DNA of 64,000 nt from an uncultured Nitrososphaeraceae archaeon (GCA_963825865.1 CAWGVG010000026.1:64001-128000), one strand, 5' to 3'. Positions 20,389 to 32,190 are shown, counted from the stretch's first letter. Made by a program: numbers and translations. The notes: a model not told the origin generated them from the letters alone.

Positions 20389-20690
20389 AAAATAATGGAG
20401 CCAAAAAAATGTTGATATGGCATTTGTGTCGTCCACTTTATCCTGAACAGATTAAGATAATAATATATATATATATATATGTATAAATAAATAAAAATAT
20501 ATGATGCACAGGTTACCACAGCCAACACCACCAGCATGTGAGTACAAGGTTTCGTAAAAAAAAGTAATTAGGAATGCAAAGTCGAAATACTATTGGCTCA
20601 AAGATGTTCCTTGTTCCATGTATAAGTATATGGCACTACTGTTTACAAGTTAAGTTATATATCCCCTTTGGTAATGTTAATTGATCTTTT

Positions 20691-21029
20691 TTGACACAAA
20701 ATAGTTTTCCGATGAGAGAGTGGCATATTGAGCACATGAAAAAAACAATTGAAAAATATATAATTGGATTATCTGAAAGTGCTACAAAGTATCAGAAACG
20801 ATTGCATAAACGGTACGGAAATTTGACTAGTGTTTGTAGGCAAATAAATTACGACGTCAAACATGGAGTCACAAATGAACAAGTTCTTCTGCTATTACAA
20901 AAAATTCGAAATGATTCTTCTTATTCCAGCATGCTTAAGGATATAAATGGGTCTTTGGAAAGGCTAAATGAGATAGAAAAACATTTTCTGCCATCTGAAC
21001 AAGAAAATAGAGGGTATCGTTTTAATTAA
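20691..21029 (+). CDS. Conserved hypothetical protein (Nitrososphaera-type)
   Basis: FPMREWHIEHM...RQINYDVKHGVT; clean 112-aa ORF with TATA upstream. Confidence 0.65.
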   Translation: MTQNSFPMREWHIEHMKKTIEKYIIGLSESATKYQKRLHKRYGNLTSVCRQINYDVKHGVTNEQVLLLLQKIRNDSSYSSMLKDINGSLERLNEIEKHFLPSEQENRGYRFN

Positions 21030-21220
21030 TGATGTACCTAGAATGGTTTAAGAATAGTTGTTGTTGCTAGATGGCTTTAAAAACTTTAGAAAAGGAATTG
21101 ACCTGTAAGGGCGTAAATGCGTTAATTACTGAAAGAAATGTATCTCACTACAGAACAGTTTAGCATAACAAAGGATAATTTCCCTTATTATGCGACGCAT
21201 TCAAGACTAGGGTAATAATT

Positions 21221-21385
21221 ATGGATAGCGAATCTGATTTGTTTCTCAGATGTCTAAAGTGCCAACACCAGAAGGTTGATCATGACCGGAACTCTACTGG
21301 AGATAAAATGAAATGTTTGATTGGCGAATGTAAATGTAAAAAGTATATTCCAGATAGAAAGTACTATAGGGCGAGCAGAAAGTAA
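21221..21385 (+). CDS. Small Cys/His zinc-binding protein (54 aa)
   Basis: MDSESDLFLRCLKCQHQKVDHDRNSTGDKMKCLIGECKCKKYIPDRKYYRASRK followed by a T-rich terminator; not in the ORF track. Confidence 0.65.
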   Translation: MDSESDLFLRCLKCQHQKVDHDRNSTGDKMKCLIGECKCKKYIPDRKYYRASRK

Positions 21386-21643
21386 TTTCTTTTTTTATGC
21401 ATACAATTTATGGTTTTGTTTGTAATAATTTGATAAGTTGTCTGCTTTTATTAATGATAGAACTACTACCTTTAGTCCTTCTTTAGGTAAATTTCAACAA
21501 AGGGATGGGATCAGATGAAGCGTTGTGACCTCATATGATAATCGTTAGCTTTTGTATTTACGCTTTCTATCTGTGCTAACAGTGCAATGCGTTGTCCGCA
21601 ATTGATTATAGATATGCAGGTATTACTAACATTATCCTTATTA

Positions 21644-22556
21644 CTATTTAATCGCTAACTTATTCAGAGCCCTTGATATATTTCTGATAGTTACTTCTGT
21701 TACTCCAGCAGTTTTTGCAAATATGGTCTGTGCTATGTTTTCCTCTCCCGTTAGGGAGCATGACAAGTAAAGTACAGTTGCCGCAAGCCCCATCGGATTT
21801 TTTCCAGCAGATATTCCTCCTCTCTTAGTAATATCAGACATTATGTCAATTGCTTTGCGTTTGGTTTTTTCACTCACATCAACTTTATTTGCAATGCGTG
21901 TAATGCATTTCATAGGCTCAACTATTGGAATTTTAAGGTCAAGTTCGACAACGAGGCGCCTGTAATTCCTTGTTATATCTTTACGTTTGAGATTGCTAGT
22001 CTCAACAATGTCTCTTAATATTCTTGGACTTTCCATTTCTCTGCATGCAATATACACCGTAGCTGCTAACACCGAATGTATTTCCCTTCCGCGTACTAAA
22101 CCTCTTTCTTGAGCTTTTCTGTAGATATATGCAGTCTTTTCAACTGCTGCATCTGACAATCCAAGTTTATCCTTGAGCCTCTCAAGCTGATTAAATGCCT
22201 GGCTAAGATTTCTATCCGTAGAAGTATATGCCTGGGTTCTATAATCCCAAGTTCTTAATCTTCCCATAGTAGAACGTATCAATGCATCTAGCTTCTGTCC
22301 TTTAGCATCTTTGTCTGTGTTACCAATAACTGTATAAAGTCCCATATCATGGCGCGCAAGGGATCGAAATCTACTACTATTATTGCCGGTAGCATGACTA
22401 CCATCTGCAAAATTGCGCCATTCAGCTCCAGTCTGTTCAGCTTTATCAGAAATTACCATACCGCAGTCTGCTACAGATGACTTCACCTGAGGCAGGGTCC
22501 GTCACTATCTTACTACTACGAGCTTTACACAATATGCATGTAATAGGAGCTAGCAT
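21644..22556 (-). CDS. tfb: Transcription initiation factor IIB paralogue (frameshift in the Zn ribbon)
   Basis: CILC...DPASGEVIC, AEWRNF, HDMGL, RLRTWD, GLVRGR, GKNPMGLAA and AGVTEVTIRN. Confidence 0.92.
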
Positions 22557-22681
22557 GAAAGAGAAACCATGAATTGTTGTTACAATTCAAGATATAAACG
22601 TGTAGCGGATTAGAATTACAATACATTATTGCAGATTAGTAGTTTAAACTGTTCTTCTTACGTCAATTTATTGTGTCTAGC

Positions 22682-22870
22682 TATGCTAGTGTTATGATTA
22701 TGGCCCTGGGAAGAAACACAACAAAGTGCCCTGGTTAGTACCAACTAATGGTACACACACACAAATTACTCGCTCTTGACTGCGCCCCTCAAAGAGAAAT
22801 GTGGATTACAAGAGGGTAGAGAAGCATCTGGGTAGCGGGCAGTTTGAAAGGGAGTTAGGGTGATAGTGTA
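22682..22870 (+). ncRNA. Candidate structured RNA
   Basis: GC-enriched intergenic segment with nested helices; no convincing ORF. Confidence 0.25.
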
Positions 22871-23193
22871 AAAATTACAATAGCAATAATAGCGAGATAT
22901 GCATCAACAACAAGACAGAGAAAAGGAAGAAATTTAGCTATCTAAAGCTAATATAAATATAAAGTTATAATTTTGAAACCTCTATTTTAGATCATATCGA
23001 TCAACCTTATTTTATTTTAAAAAATAACTGTTCAGAATCATCGTCAGATAAATCAATGGTTGCTCAAAAGAAGAAACTTCCGTACCTCCCATAGACAGCG
23101 AATTAATACATCATCCTAACCGCTTGAGGAACCATCGTGATGATAATGTCAAAGGTTTAGCCGTATTTTGTTATCTTGTATAAGATGAATTTT

Positions 23194-23892
23194 TTAAATT
23201 CCTGCCAATGGCTGTTCTCCATGGGGAGGCGAAAACTCAATTGTTACTTTAAAATTACTTGGTGTTTTGGCTTCAGTGATGGTTAGAGTTATTTGCTTGC
23301 CTTTGTGTTCAGCCAATGTAGCTACTACAGAATATGATGTATTCTTATTAATGCTAATATTTCCAGTCAGAGGGAATTGTGCATTATCTGCGTCTGAATT
23401 GGCCGTAGGTTTAACAGAACCTTTTAAATTTCCTGTTAACAAATATTTGTCATTCAAACTATGTAATATAAGAGCAAGTGTATTATTTGCTTGAATTTTG
23501 TTTATTGTTAAAGTGGTTGGTCTAGCAGGTAATGTCTTACCATCGCTCAAAGTAATATCATTTGATGATGATGCTGAAGAATCAAAGGTTTGAGGAAAAA
23601 GCGTATCATCTGCAAAACTTGTGAGATGAAACAATGTTATAGCAATAGTATCAGCTTTGTCGTGGTAATCACTAATGCCGCCGCCATTATGATCAAGTAC
23701 AACAACGTTGTTATGAAAGTCTTTGCTTTGAATTAAAGGACTATTTCTGTTATCGCTTGCAAACGCATTATTGTTTATTACGAAGAATGAAACACTAAAA
23801 ATACTAACAATGGAAACACCTACACAAACCAATGAGTAAGACAATCTGTTGTTATTCATGTTCATGTTAATTCTTTTGGTATAATACATCAA
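23194..23892 (-). CDS. Secreted hypothetical protein
   Basis: Hydrophobic N-terminus ending NAFA; beta-rich mature region. Confidence 0.6.
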   Translation of the reverse strand: MMYYTKRINMNMNNNRLSYSLVCVGVSIVSIFSVSFFVINNNAFASDNRNSPLIQSKDFHNNVVVLDHNGGGISDYHDKADTIAITLFHLTSFADDTLFPQTFDSSASSSNDITLSDGKTLPARPTTLTINKIQANNTLALILHSLNDKYLLTGNLKGSVKPTANSDADNAQFPLTGNISINKNTSYSVVATLAEHKGKQITLTITEAKTPSNFKVTIEFSPPHGEQPLAGI

Positions 23893-24300
23893 TATTTATA
23901 TGTTAACGGTGTCAGATTAACCGTATTTAGATATAATGCAGATAGTGTCATCACATTAAGCAGCAATTATATCAACGCATGATTATTGTGATTTTATCAC
24001 AGGCAAGGGGACCCCGCAAGAGAAAGTGGATTTGATTACACAGTTCTTATTTTTGCAGTCCCTAGTTTCTTCTATGCCTGCAAATTCTATATCGCTTTAA
24101 TTCAGCGATTTCGGGAGATTAACAATGAAAACAATCATCACGAATTTAGGATATCTTAGTTGTTAAAATATGTTATAAAATATCTTTTAAAAAAAAGCAA
24201 CTTAACAATCTTATAAAAAAATTCTGTAATCACTTATTCGAATTTACTTTTATAATACAAGTTACAAACTTTTAAATCTAATACAAAGTTTGTTGGTCTG

Positions 24301-24537
24301 ATGTTTAACAAACATGAGGCAGTGCTATCTGCAATGGTGGTTTCAGTTCTACTTGTTGCATCATTCTTTGCTATCAGCTTTGTACAACAAGCATTAGCAC
24401 AAGGAGGCAACATGTCTAGTTCTGGTGGCGGCAATGCGACTAGTGCAGGCAGCAACATGAGTAGCCCATCAACCGGTACATCTGGTGGCGGCCCTGCTAC
24501 AAGCGGCGGCCAGACGACTGGCGGCGGTGGCTACTGA
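24301..24537 (+). CDS. Small secreted Gly/Ser/Thr-rich protein
   Basis: Signal peptide ending ALA; mature part has NMS/NAT/NMS sequons and repeated SGGG. Confidence 0.7.
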   Translation: MFNKHEAVLSAMVVSVLLVASFFAISFVQQALAQGGNMSSSGGGNATSAGSNMSSPSTGTSGGGPATSGGQTTGGGGY

Positions 24538-25397
24538 TCCGATAAATAAATAAATTAAGAAACACCTCTATTTTTTTGTTGTTTATAATATGTTTTGTTC
24601 ACTTAGCAAAGCTCTCATTAAGCGTATCTACAAGCCGATTAAACCATGTTTGTGTAGTGTGTTGCAGTTTACAACTATCTCTTTTGGCATTGAAAATAGT
24701 TATCAAATCTTTCAGTTCTAACTCTTACATACTGAACAGTTCGCCCTGTGATTTTTTCACAAGAAATGGTAGATGGATACAGAAAGAGAAAGTGTATCCG
24801 CAATCCGAGGAGCAGTTTCAGCCATGACGTACCGTGTAGATACAGCTAGTTTGATTTGGTCTAATTTGACTGACACGCAGACAGACAAAAAGATTACAAA
24901 ATGATAGAGTGAAATTAAAGATTAATGAACTATCTTTACGGACAAAAGGGAATGAAATTAAAAGGATTTTTTAGATTTGAAAGCAAAGTTACTGTAAATA
25001 AAAGAGAACAAAAAAAGAGCAAAGCAACATCATTATGCGGAAGGATTATGGTAGAGTATCTAGGTAAAAGAATCTCAGGTACTGCTTTTTAATAATTAAA
25101 TAGGCATGTCAATCTGTGGAAACCATTATAAAATATCTTGTTAGGAAATTAACGGTACAAAATTAAACTGTATTGTATTTAATTTTTTAATAATCAGCTA
25201 TCCTAATGATCTGCTAATAGTAGAGGAGATCCAATAAGAGTTCTTTAAAGCAGCAGAATATTGAGACTTCAACCAATATTTGCTGTTGCTATCACTCTGT
25301 ATGACATTTCTCCTCTACTATTACTCCCCAACCAACGGAGACTTGTAAGTAACCTTATCAGTTATCCTATAGTAGCATCTAACTTAGCTTATGTCTC

Positions 25398-25577
25398 TCA
25401 GTCAATTGTTCCAAGCCCAAACTCTGGGACATATTTCATTCCACCTGTCCCTACGTATATCGGTTCATTTTTTGAACGGCCTCGACCTTTATCATAAAAT
25501 GTCTTGCCACAGACATTGTGCTTATGGAGAACTTCATTTAGCTCTCCGACGCGTTCATGAGGGACTATCATACGCAT
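25398..25577 (-). pseudogene. Truncated P-II family nitrogen regulator
   Basis: MRMIVPHERVGELNEVLHKHNVCGKTFYDKGRGRSKNEPIYVGTGGMKYVPEFGLGTID*: KGRGR plus a T-loop-like YVPEF segment; C-terminal half absent. Confidence 0.7.
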
Positions 25578-26026
25578 ACCACTTACAGAATGTCCATGAT
25601 ATTATAATGTCAAAGGGAACTGAATAGAGATGCAGGATGTTTTTATGAAAATATAAGATAGTAAATTGGAACTAATAGGCGAGTACAAAAGTGATTCACA
25701 GGAAAACTAATTTCAAAAATTGTTATCTATTGCTTCTTCTATAATTTGCAATTAAAAAAGAAGTATACTACCAAAAAATGCAGGATATGTTGAAGCCTAT
25801 TTTTTCATTTCTTTCTTTAAAAAAATTATATACCCATGAAGTCCTTTAGGGAAATCTTAACGAAAGCGTATGCGACATTATTTAATAAATACAAAAATGG
25901 TTCTGGTAATAACTTGTTGGGTTCTCTAAAAGGGGTTTTAATTATCGGGTCATAAACTTATATTTATAAAAAAAATAGAATGGGATTTATACCCATCGCA
26001 GTAGCTATAGTGACTACTATAGTCCG

Positions 26027-26233
26027 CTATTTGTGGCAGTTGACGCAAATTATGTTACTTGCGAGTTGAGTTACATGATTAAAAAAGCCGGTCACGTGTG
26101 CCCTTTGATCGATGCTCTGGGTAACATTAGTATTACCGCCTCTACTGGTTGCAAATGCGGGTGTTACGGCTAGTGTTCCTACTACTAATACTGCCACTGC
26201 CAGCAGTGCGAATATACCTATGGTTTTATTCAT
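26027..26233 (-). CDS. Small secreted protein, divergent minimal GFDN-family member
   Basis: Signal peptide ending PAFA; GNTNVTQSIDQRAHVTGFFNHVTQLASNIIC aligns without gaps to the 8059 core. Confidence 0.75.
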   Translation of the reverse strand: MNKTIGIFALLAVAVLVVGTLAVTPAFATSRGGNTNVTQSIDQRAHVTGFFNHVTQLASNIICVNCHK

Positions 26234-26439
26234 TATAGAGTCTAGTAATAGTCTAACATATAAATATATACATATATAGATAAATATGAAAAAAGTCTAT
26301 TTAATTTCATTCTAATTTCGCTGATTTTCGGCGGACTTAAATGGTTCTCCGTTGGTTTAAAAAGCCGAATAAAAAACGTCAGATATTTTTACTAATAATC
26401 AATCGTCATCAGATGACAGTTCCCCTTCTAATTTCCAAG

Positions 26440-26602
26440 GTTTGGATGTATGATTATTTGCTGTATACTTTGTATCTGCGACTTGCTGTGCAATCCAAAA
26501 TCTTGTTTCATCATCCATAAGTGGATAGAGATATTTCATATCGCCTTTGATTTTCAAATATAGTTCATCAGTCCTTATTCTCTGAACCCTTTGCTCTGTC
26601 AA
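26440..26602 (-). mobile_element. IS6-like DDE transposase, internal fragment
   Basis: RTDELYLKIKGDMKYLYPLMDDETRFWIAQQVADTKYT. Confidence 0.7.
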
Positions 26603-26649
26603 GCGTTATTCGTTCCTTTGCTTATACATATCGTATTGAAAGAGAGAGA

Positions 26650-26961
26650 CTATTCTTCCACATACACATTACCATTTTCTATACTGACTTTGAACGAGCG
26701 AAGGGATTTCAGCTTCTCTGTGAACAATACCATCTTTCCACTTGTCACATCCCATTTTGCACCATGCCATGGACATACCAATTCCTTGCCATTGAGTCTA
26801 CCTTCGTGAAGTCTAGCCCCTTCATGGGAACATATGTTACTTGTGGCATAATAATTTCCTCCTATATTGACAACTAGAATATCTTTCTTTTTACCCATCA
26901 GTAAATGAATCATTTTTCCGTGTGGAATATCAGAGGCCTTCCCAACGAAAAGTCTAGTCAC
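26650..26961 (-). CDS. Rieske 2Fe-2S ferredoxin
   Basis: CSH...CPWHG motifs. Confidence 0.92.
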   Translation of the reverse strand: MTRLFVGKASDIPHGKMIHLLMGKKKDILVVNIGGNYYATSNICSHEGARLHEGRLNGKELVCPWHGAKWDVTSGKMVLFTEKLKSLRSFKVSIENGNVYVEE

Positions 26962-27102
26962 TCAAAATATATAGTCGTATTTTCATTATTTAAAATCTAG
27001 CCTGATTGTCAATTTAGAAAATGCAATCAATAAAATTAAAAAAATTATTGTCTGGTGTGAAGTTATGGTAACGACTATGGGTTGTAAGGATTTTCCTCCT
27101 CC

Positions 27103-27880
27103 TCATCCACCTTGAACATTTACTATGCCCACTTTATTCAATTCAGATCCTATTCCATAACCTACAAGTGCCACGCCAGTGCCTAGACCTGCCATCTCAA
27201 TTCCCCCTCTAACCCAATTCTTCTTTGCCATACGCGATTTTATTGCACCTACTATAAATGAAGACGTTACGCTCAGACCTATTGCTATACCAATAGCTAT
27301 ACTAGAAGATATAAATCCAGCTTTAACAACAAAGTACCGGTAGGATTGGTAGAATACCGCCCAAGAGAAATGCTCCAAACATAACCAATGCACCTTTTAA
27401 TGGACTTCCTACAATTTCCAAATTGAGTCCCAATTCTTCAGTTAACATTGTCTTGAGCCAAACATCTTTGTCGGACGTTATCTTGTGAACTACTCTTCTA
27501 AGGTCATCACCTCTAAACCCTTTGGCCATGTATACGTCCTCTATTTCCTGTCTTTCCTTATCTGGAACATTCTCTATCTCGAATTCTTCTCGTTTTATTT
27601 CTGATTCTAATATCTCCCTTTGAGATTTTACTGCGAGGTAATTCTGAACCGCCATCGCTTTGGCACCTGTAAACATTCCAATTAGCGTGGCAAGTATAAC
27701 AATATCAGCGGCAACTGCAGCACCACCAACACCAGATACAATTCCTAAGGATGTATTGACCCCATCACCAAATCCAAATACCAAATCTCGTATATTGCTG
27801 CTTTCTTTGATGTGAGGTTCTATGTGTGTTCTAGATTTACTTTCCAATTGGCATTCTAAATGAATTTTGTAGATACACAT
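27103..27880 (-). CDS. VIT1/CCC1 iron/manganese transporter (frameshifted)
   Basis: IRDLVFGFGDG, AMAVQNYLAVKS and MLTEELGL; C-terminal helices in a second frame. Confidence 0.88.
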
Positions 27881-28540
27881 TAAAAAAGATTACAGTGGCT
27901 ATTAACTATTCATCACTGGTTATTTTAGTTTTAGATAACGCTGTTTTTATCTAAAGATTTCTTTGCAACTTCATACAGGTTAAGGCCTAATTTTTTTTAG
28001 TACGTAGAATAAGGCGCACAACCACAGTATATCTACTACCGATTGAAATATGGCTACTACTACAATGTATTTAGGGGGTCTGTGTTGTAGATCAATTTAC
28101 TTAAGATCCAGAGGCTAAACTTAGGGCTGATAGTGAGAACACCTAAGATTGCCAAATCAGAGAATTTGTTTAAGATATAACACTCAAAATATTATGCTAG
28201 AAGAAGAAGCGTTGTGTATTTGCGAGCAACAATACAAAGCCAGTACTTCTTTTCGGAAAATGGTAGTAGTATTGTTAATGATCGCAAAATTGAGTCATAT
28301 ACATTACGGTAGTCTCGAACTTTCATTTTCCACAGTTTGTGCCTTAATTATTAGGTTATTTAATTTGGATCCTCAGCTTTTTAACGTTTTAGAGTATATC
28401 TTGTGAGTATAAGAACCTCTCCGCTACTGCACAGCCTACCAGAAAGTCCAATTAATTAGAGAAGACAGGAATAATCTATCTTTTCAATATAAATAATGGC
28501 ATCAAGCGGGTAACTAAAGAATGTTCAAATTCATTTTTAT

Positions 28541-29029
28541 ATGGTCTTTAGCGTATTTAGATATATTAAGTTGCCTCCTGCAGAAGATTCAAAATTTTCA
28601 AAAATAATGGTAGCAATTGATGGTTCAGAGCATTCATTGAAAGCAGCTGAATATGCTTTAGAAATAGCAAAATCCTTTAGTGCACAGCTTTATGCAGTTA
28701 CTGTTACCTATGTTCCTGAATCATACCATCTTAAACAAGAAGATGTATTAAACCAATCAATAGAAATGCGTGGTAGCATCGAAGATGCCAAAACATGGCT
28801 CAAAAAGTTCAATCAGGACTCAAGAGAAGACAGCATCCAACTGAAAACAGAATTAATTAACAGCCACAGACCTGTAGATTATGTAATATTAGAATACGCA
28901 GAGAAGAACGATATTGATTTGATTGTGCTAGGAACAAGAGGAAGATCAGGATTTAAGAAACTATTACTTGGAAGTATTGCATCTTCTGTAGTAACTTATG
29001 CACATTGTCCTGTAATGGTAGTAAAGTGA
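28541..29029 (+). CDS. Universal stress protein (UspA family)
   Basis: IMVAIDGSEHS and DLIVLGTRGRSGFKKLLLGSIASSVV...CPVMVVK. Confidence 0.93.
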   Translation: MVFSVFRYIKLPPAEDSKFSKIMVAIDGSEHSLKAAEYALEIAKSFSAQLYAVTVTYVPESYHLKQEDVLNQSIEMRGSIEDAKTWLKKFNQDSREDSIQLKTELINSHRPVDYVILEYAEKNDIDLIVLGTRGRSGFKKLLLGSIASSVVTYAHCPVMVVK

Positions 29030-29115
29030 GCTCTTTATTATCTACTAAAAGGAAAATGGGGAAGACATAATAAGCCTTTTTAGGCATATTCATTAGTATT
29101 GACTTTCAGGTGCTC

Positions 29116-29583
29116 TCAATTTAATTGTGGAATTTTGGCAATACGTCTTCCATATACGTCTTCGAATTCCCTTGGCTTGGCATCTTTGAAAACATCTTTG
29201 CTACAATACCTCATAGAGTATGCTGCCATCATATCCAAAATTGGTTGTAGAGCCAGGCCTTTTTCTGTTGGACAATACTCTACTCTTATAGGTGTTTCAT
29301 GTGAGTAGACTTTACGTTTTATTAGTCCTATCTTTTCCATTTCTCTAAGTCTCACAGATAGAGTTTTGGGATTGGCTCCTTCTAGAGACTTTAATAATTG
29401 ATTAAACCTGGTCTGTTTGGCATTTATCATATTTCTTAAAATTAAAACTGTAAATTTTTTGCCAATTATCTTAAAAGTGTTTTCGATGGGACAAGATTTC
29501 ATTCTAATATTGTCTGACGGGTTTATTATTTGTTCAAAGGCAGTATTAGTAGCAGTAGCAGTAGCTGCTCTAGTAGCTTCCAT
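29116..29583 (-). CDS. HxlR-family winged-helix regulator
   Basis: CPIENTFKIIGKKFTVLILR, RFNQL, KTLSVRLREME and PIRVEY.PTEKG. Confidence 0.9.
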   Translation of the reverse strand: MEATRAATATATNTAFEQIINPSDNIRMKSCPIENTFKIIGKKFTVLILRNMINAKQTRFNQLLKSLEGANPKTLSVRLREMEKIGLIKRKVYSHETPIRVEYCPTEKGLALQPILDMMAAYSMRYCSKDVFKDAKPREFEDVYGRRIAKIPQLN

Positions 29584-29715
29584 AGCTACTATAAAGTTGT
29601 ATCACCTTATATAGTTACCTTTGTATAGTTAATAAAATACATACTGTCTCGTAACTCACTATCCAATGAGTAACTTTCATATTTATATATAATTACTGCA
29701 TTATAGTAACCAACG

Positions 29716-30734
29716 GTGAGTTATGAAAATATGACTTCTGAGTTCAATAAAGATAATTCCAAAAACCAGAGAGAATATCCTAATTCTAATTTACAATTAC
29801 AAACTTCTATTACTGATTCTAATGCTGTATGTTCTGTATGCAAAAGCAATCAAATAATTACAGATATTGAATCTGGCGAGATTATATGTAGTAAATGTGG
29901 CCAGGTTATTTCAGAGAAGGTCCAGGAAATACGACCTGAATGGCGGAATTTTGCTTCACAGTCATCATCATCAGATGGATCCTTAAATGATAGAAATAGA
30001 ATAGGTATGCCAACAACCTTAGCTCGACACGATATGGGGCTATCAACAATAATCGGAAGAACTGACAGAGACGCCAGTGGACAAAAAATAGACGCAGGAA
30101 TGCTCTCTGCAATGGGCAGGTTGAGGACTTGGGACTTAAGGACAAAGATTCACACACCTACTGAAAGAAATCTTAAGCAAGCCTTTTTTCAACTTGAAAT
30201 ATTAAAAGACAAACTTGGACTACCAGATACTGTAGTTGAAAAAGCGGCATACATCTACAGAAAGGCTCAGGAAAGACAATTGGTACGAGGTAGGACAATT
30301 TCTGGAATTTTGGCTGCTGTCCAGTATATATTACATGTAGAGAAATGGGCATCTCAAGAACGTTAAAAGATATAGGTACCAATAGTAACGTTAAACTCAG
30401 AGAAGTTGCTAGAAGCTATAGGCTACTATACCTTGAACTTGATCTTAAAATCCCAATAGTTGATCCTATGAAGTATATTGCAAGAGTGGCAAACAAGGCT
30501 AACCTGAGTGAGAAAACTAAACGACAAGCGGCAGAGATTATGAACAATGTTACTAAAAGAGAGATATCTGCTGGAAAAGATCCAATGGGGCTTGCAGCAT
30601 CTGTACTTTATGTATCCTGTATTAAAACTGGTGAGAATAGAACCCAAAGTAGTATTTCAAAGGCGGCAGGAGTAACAGAAGTGACTCTCAGAAGTAGGTA
30701 CAAGGATCTCGTAAATCAACTTCAGTTAAATTAA
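29716..30734 (+). CDS. tfb: Transcription initiation factor IIB paralogue (frameshift near 30320)
   Basis: CSVC...GEIICSKCG, PEWRNF, HDMGLST, LVRGR, GKDPMGLAAS and AGVTEVTLR. Confidence 0.92.
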
Positions 30735-30947
30735 GATCAATATATCTATTTACTAAATGATCATTTCAAAGAGTTTAAGGCAACGGCAGAGATATTAAGA
30801 TAAGAGCTCTGTTTCGCTATATTAGAAATGAATTAGCCATCAGTAGAGCATGCGCTGCATCATAAAAAATTTATTCTCTACTCTCTAAACTATTAGTTAA
30901 TAAGGAAAAACTTATAGTTTACAAGAGCAACCACAAATATTAGTAAC

Positions 30948-31145
30948 ATGCCAGTAAAATTAGGAAAAAAGAAATACGAAAAATTTTCAGATGCATCTAC
31001 AGCAATTCAGAAAAAGAAAGGTATATCAAAAGACAGAGCTAATGCTTATGTTGCATCAGTAGAACGTAAGCAAGGTATAGAACCAAGAACAGGAAAAAAC
31101 ATAAACAAGACGAAGATGCCTGGAAGAAAGACAAATAAAAAATAA
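30948..31145 (+). CDS. Small Lys-rich basic protein
   Basis: 65-aa ORF with a TATA-like CTTATAG upstream. Confidence 0.6.
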   Translation: MPVKLGKKKYEKFSDASTAIQKKKGISKDRANAYVASVERKQGIEPRTGKNINKTKMPGRKTNKK

Positions 31146-31548
31146 AATGAGGAAGGGCTTGCGAAGAAGCCAATGCAGGAAGGAGATGTTTCTAACGACA
31201 TAGATCAGGCAGCAGCAGCATGAGGAGGAGAAACATCGTCGGCATCCAACAAAGCGCTAGGAATAGATTTATCAGAAGATGGTAAATTTGTAATTGATGG
31301 GCAAAGGCTATATAATTTAGCAATACATAACAACTATGACCCACCATTATATTGTAACAGATGTTAAGGGAAAAGGATCTCGAATATACGCATCTACTTT
31401 TGGCTAATATAGCTATATACTAATGTCTAAGTGAGACCATTAACCTATTTAAGCTTGTATCGAGCTTGCCAACTTACCTGTCCTTCACCTAGTAACATCA
31501 TCATCACTTAGTAGTTTATATACTTACAAATATATAGTAACTAACGTT

Positions 31549-32190
31549 ATGCTACAAGAAGACGATATTATACTTACCTGTGGGTTTAGTAAGAAAATTG
31601 CTTATGAAAACGATCCTGGAGAATTTATTGACAATGAAAATTTTAGATCAGAAGTGGCAGTGCCGAATACGATGATAACTAACGAAGAAGAAAAAGAACA
31701 ACGACAACAACGCAATGGAAACAAAATATTACAATTAACGGATTTCAATCAAGCATTTGAATTAGTAAAGTCCGCAGTCGAAGACAAATTTAAGATGCAT
31801 AGAGCTGGATTGAGTTTGATACTTCAAGGACTACCGACCAATCTAGGAGCCTATCACGTTCTCGGGTCCAACTTAATCATTGTAAATAAAAGAATCCTAG
31901 CTATAATAAAAAAGTACAAGTCTCATGAGGAATATAATTCATACTTGTTTATGGTGTTAGCCCACGAATATCTTCATAGCTTTGGCATAATAGATGAGTG
32001 GCAAGTTAGAAAGATGACATATGATTTGATTAGTTCATTAGTTGGAGGAGATCATATAGCCACAAAGATGGCACGATACCAACCTTGGGAATTGTTTCCA
32101 GAATTAAGCCTTTTTTCTAATAATAGCTTCGAAGGCAAATTTGAAATTATAAAGAATTTTGACAAGACAACTCAATCCTATATTGGATAA
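31549..32190 (+). CDS. Zincin-like metallopeptidase-fold protein
   Basis: HEYLH (HExxH) preceded by LGAYH...NLIIVN. Confidence 0.7.
   Translation: MLQEDDIILTCGFSKKIAYENDPGEFIDNENFRSEVAVPNTMITNEEEKEQRQQRNGNKILQLTDFNQAFELVKSAVEDKFKMHRAGLSLILQGLPTNLGAYHVLGSNLIIVNKRILAIIKKYKSHEEYNSYLFMVLAHEYLHSFGIIDEWQVRKMTYDLISSLVGGDHIATKMARYQPWELFPELSLFSNNSFEGKFEIIKNFDKTTQSYIG

Noticed and set aside
20461-20490. (TA)n run
   Set aside because: Low-complexity dinucleotide repeat with no further structure
18329-20537. Multiple minus-strand ORFs inside cdc48
   Set aside because: Antisense shadows of a strongly conserved gene
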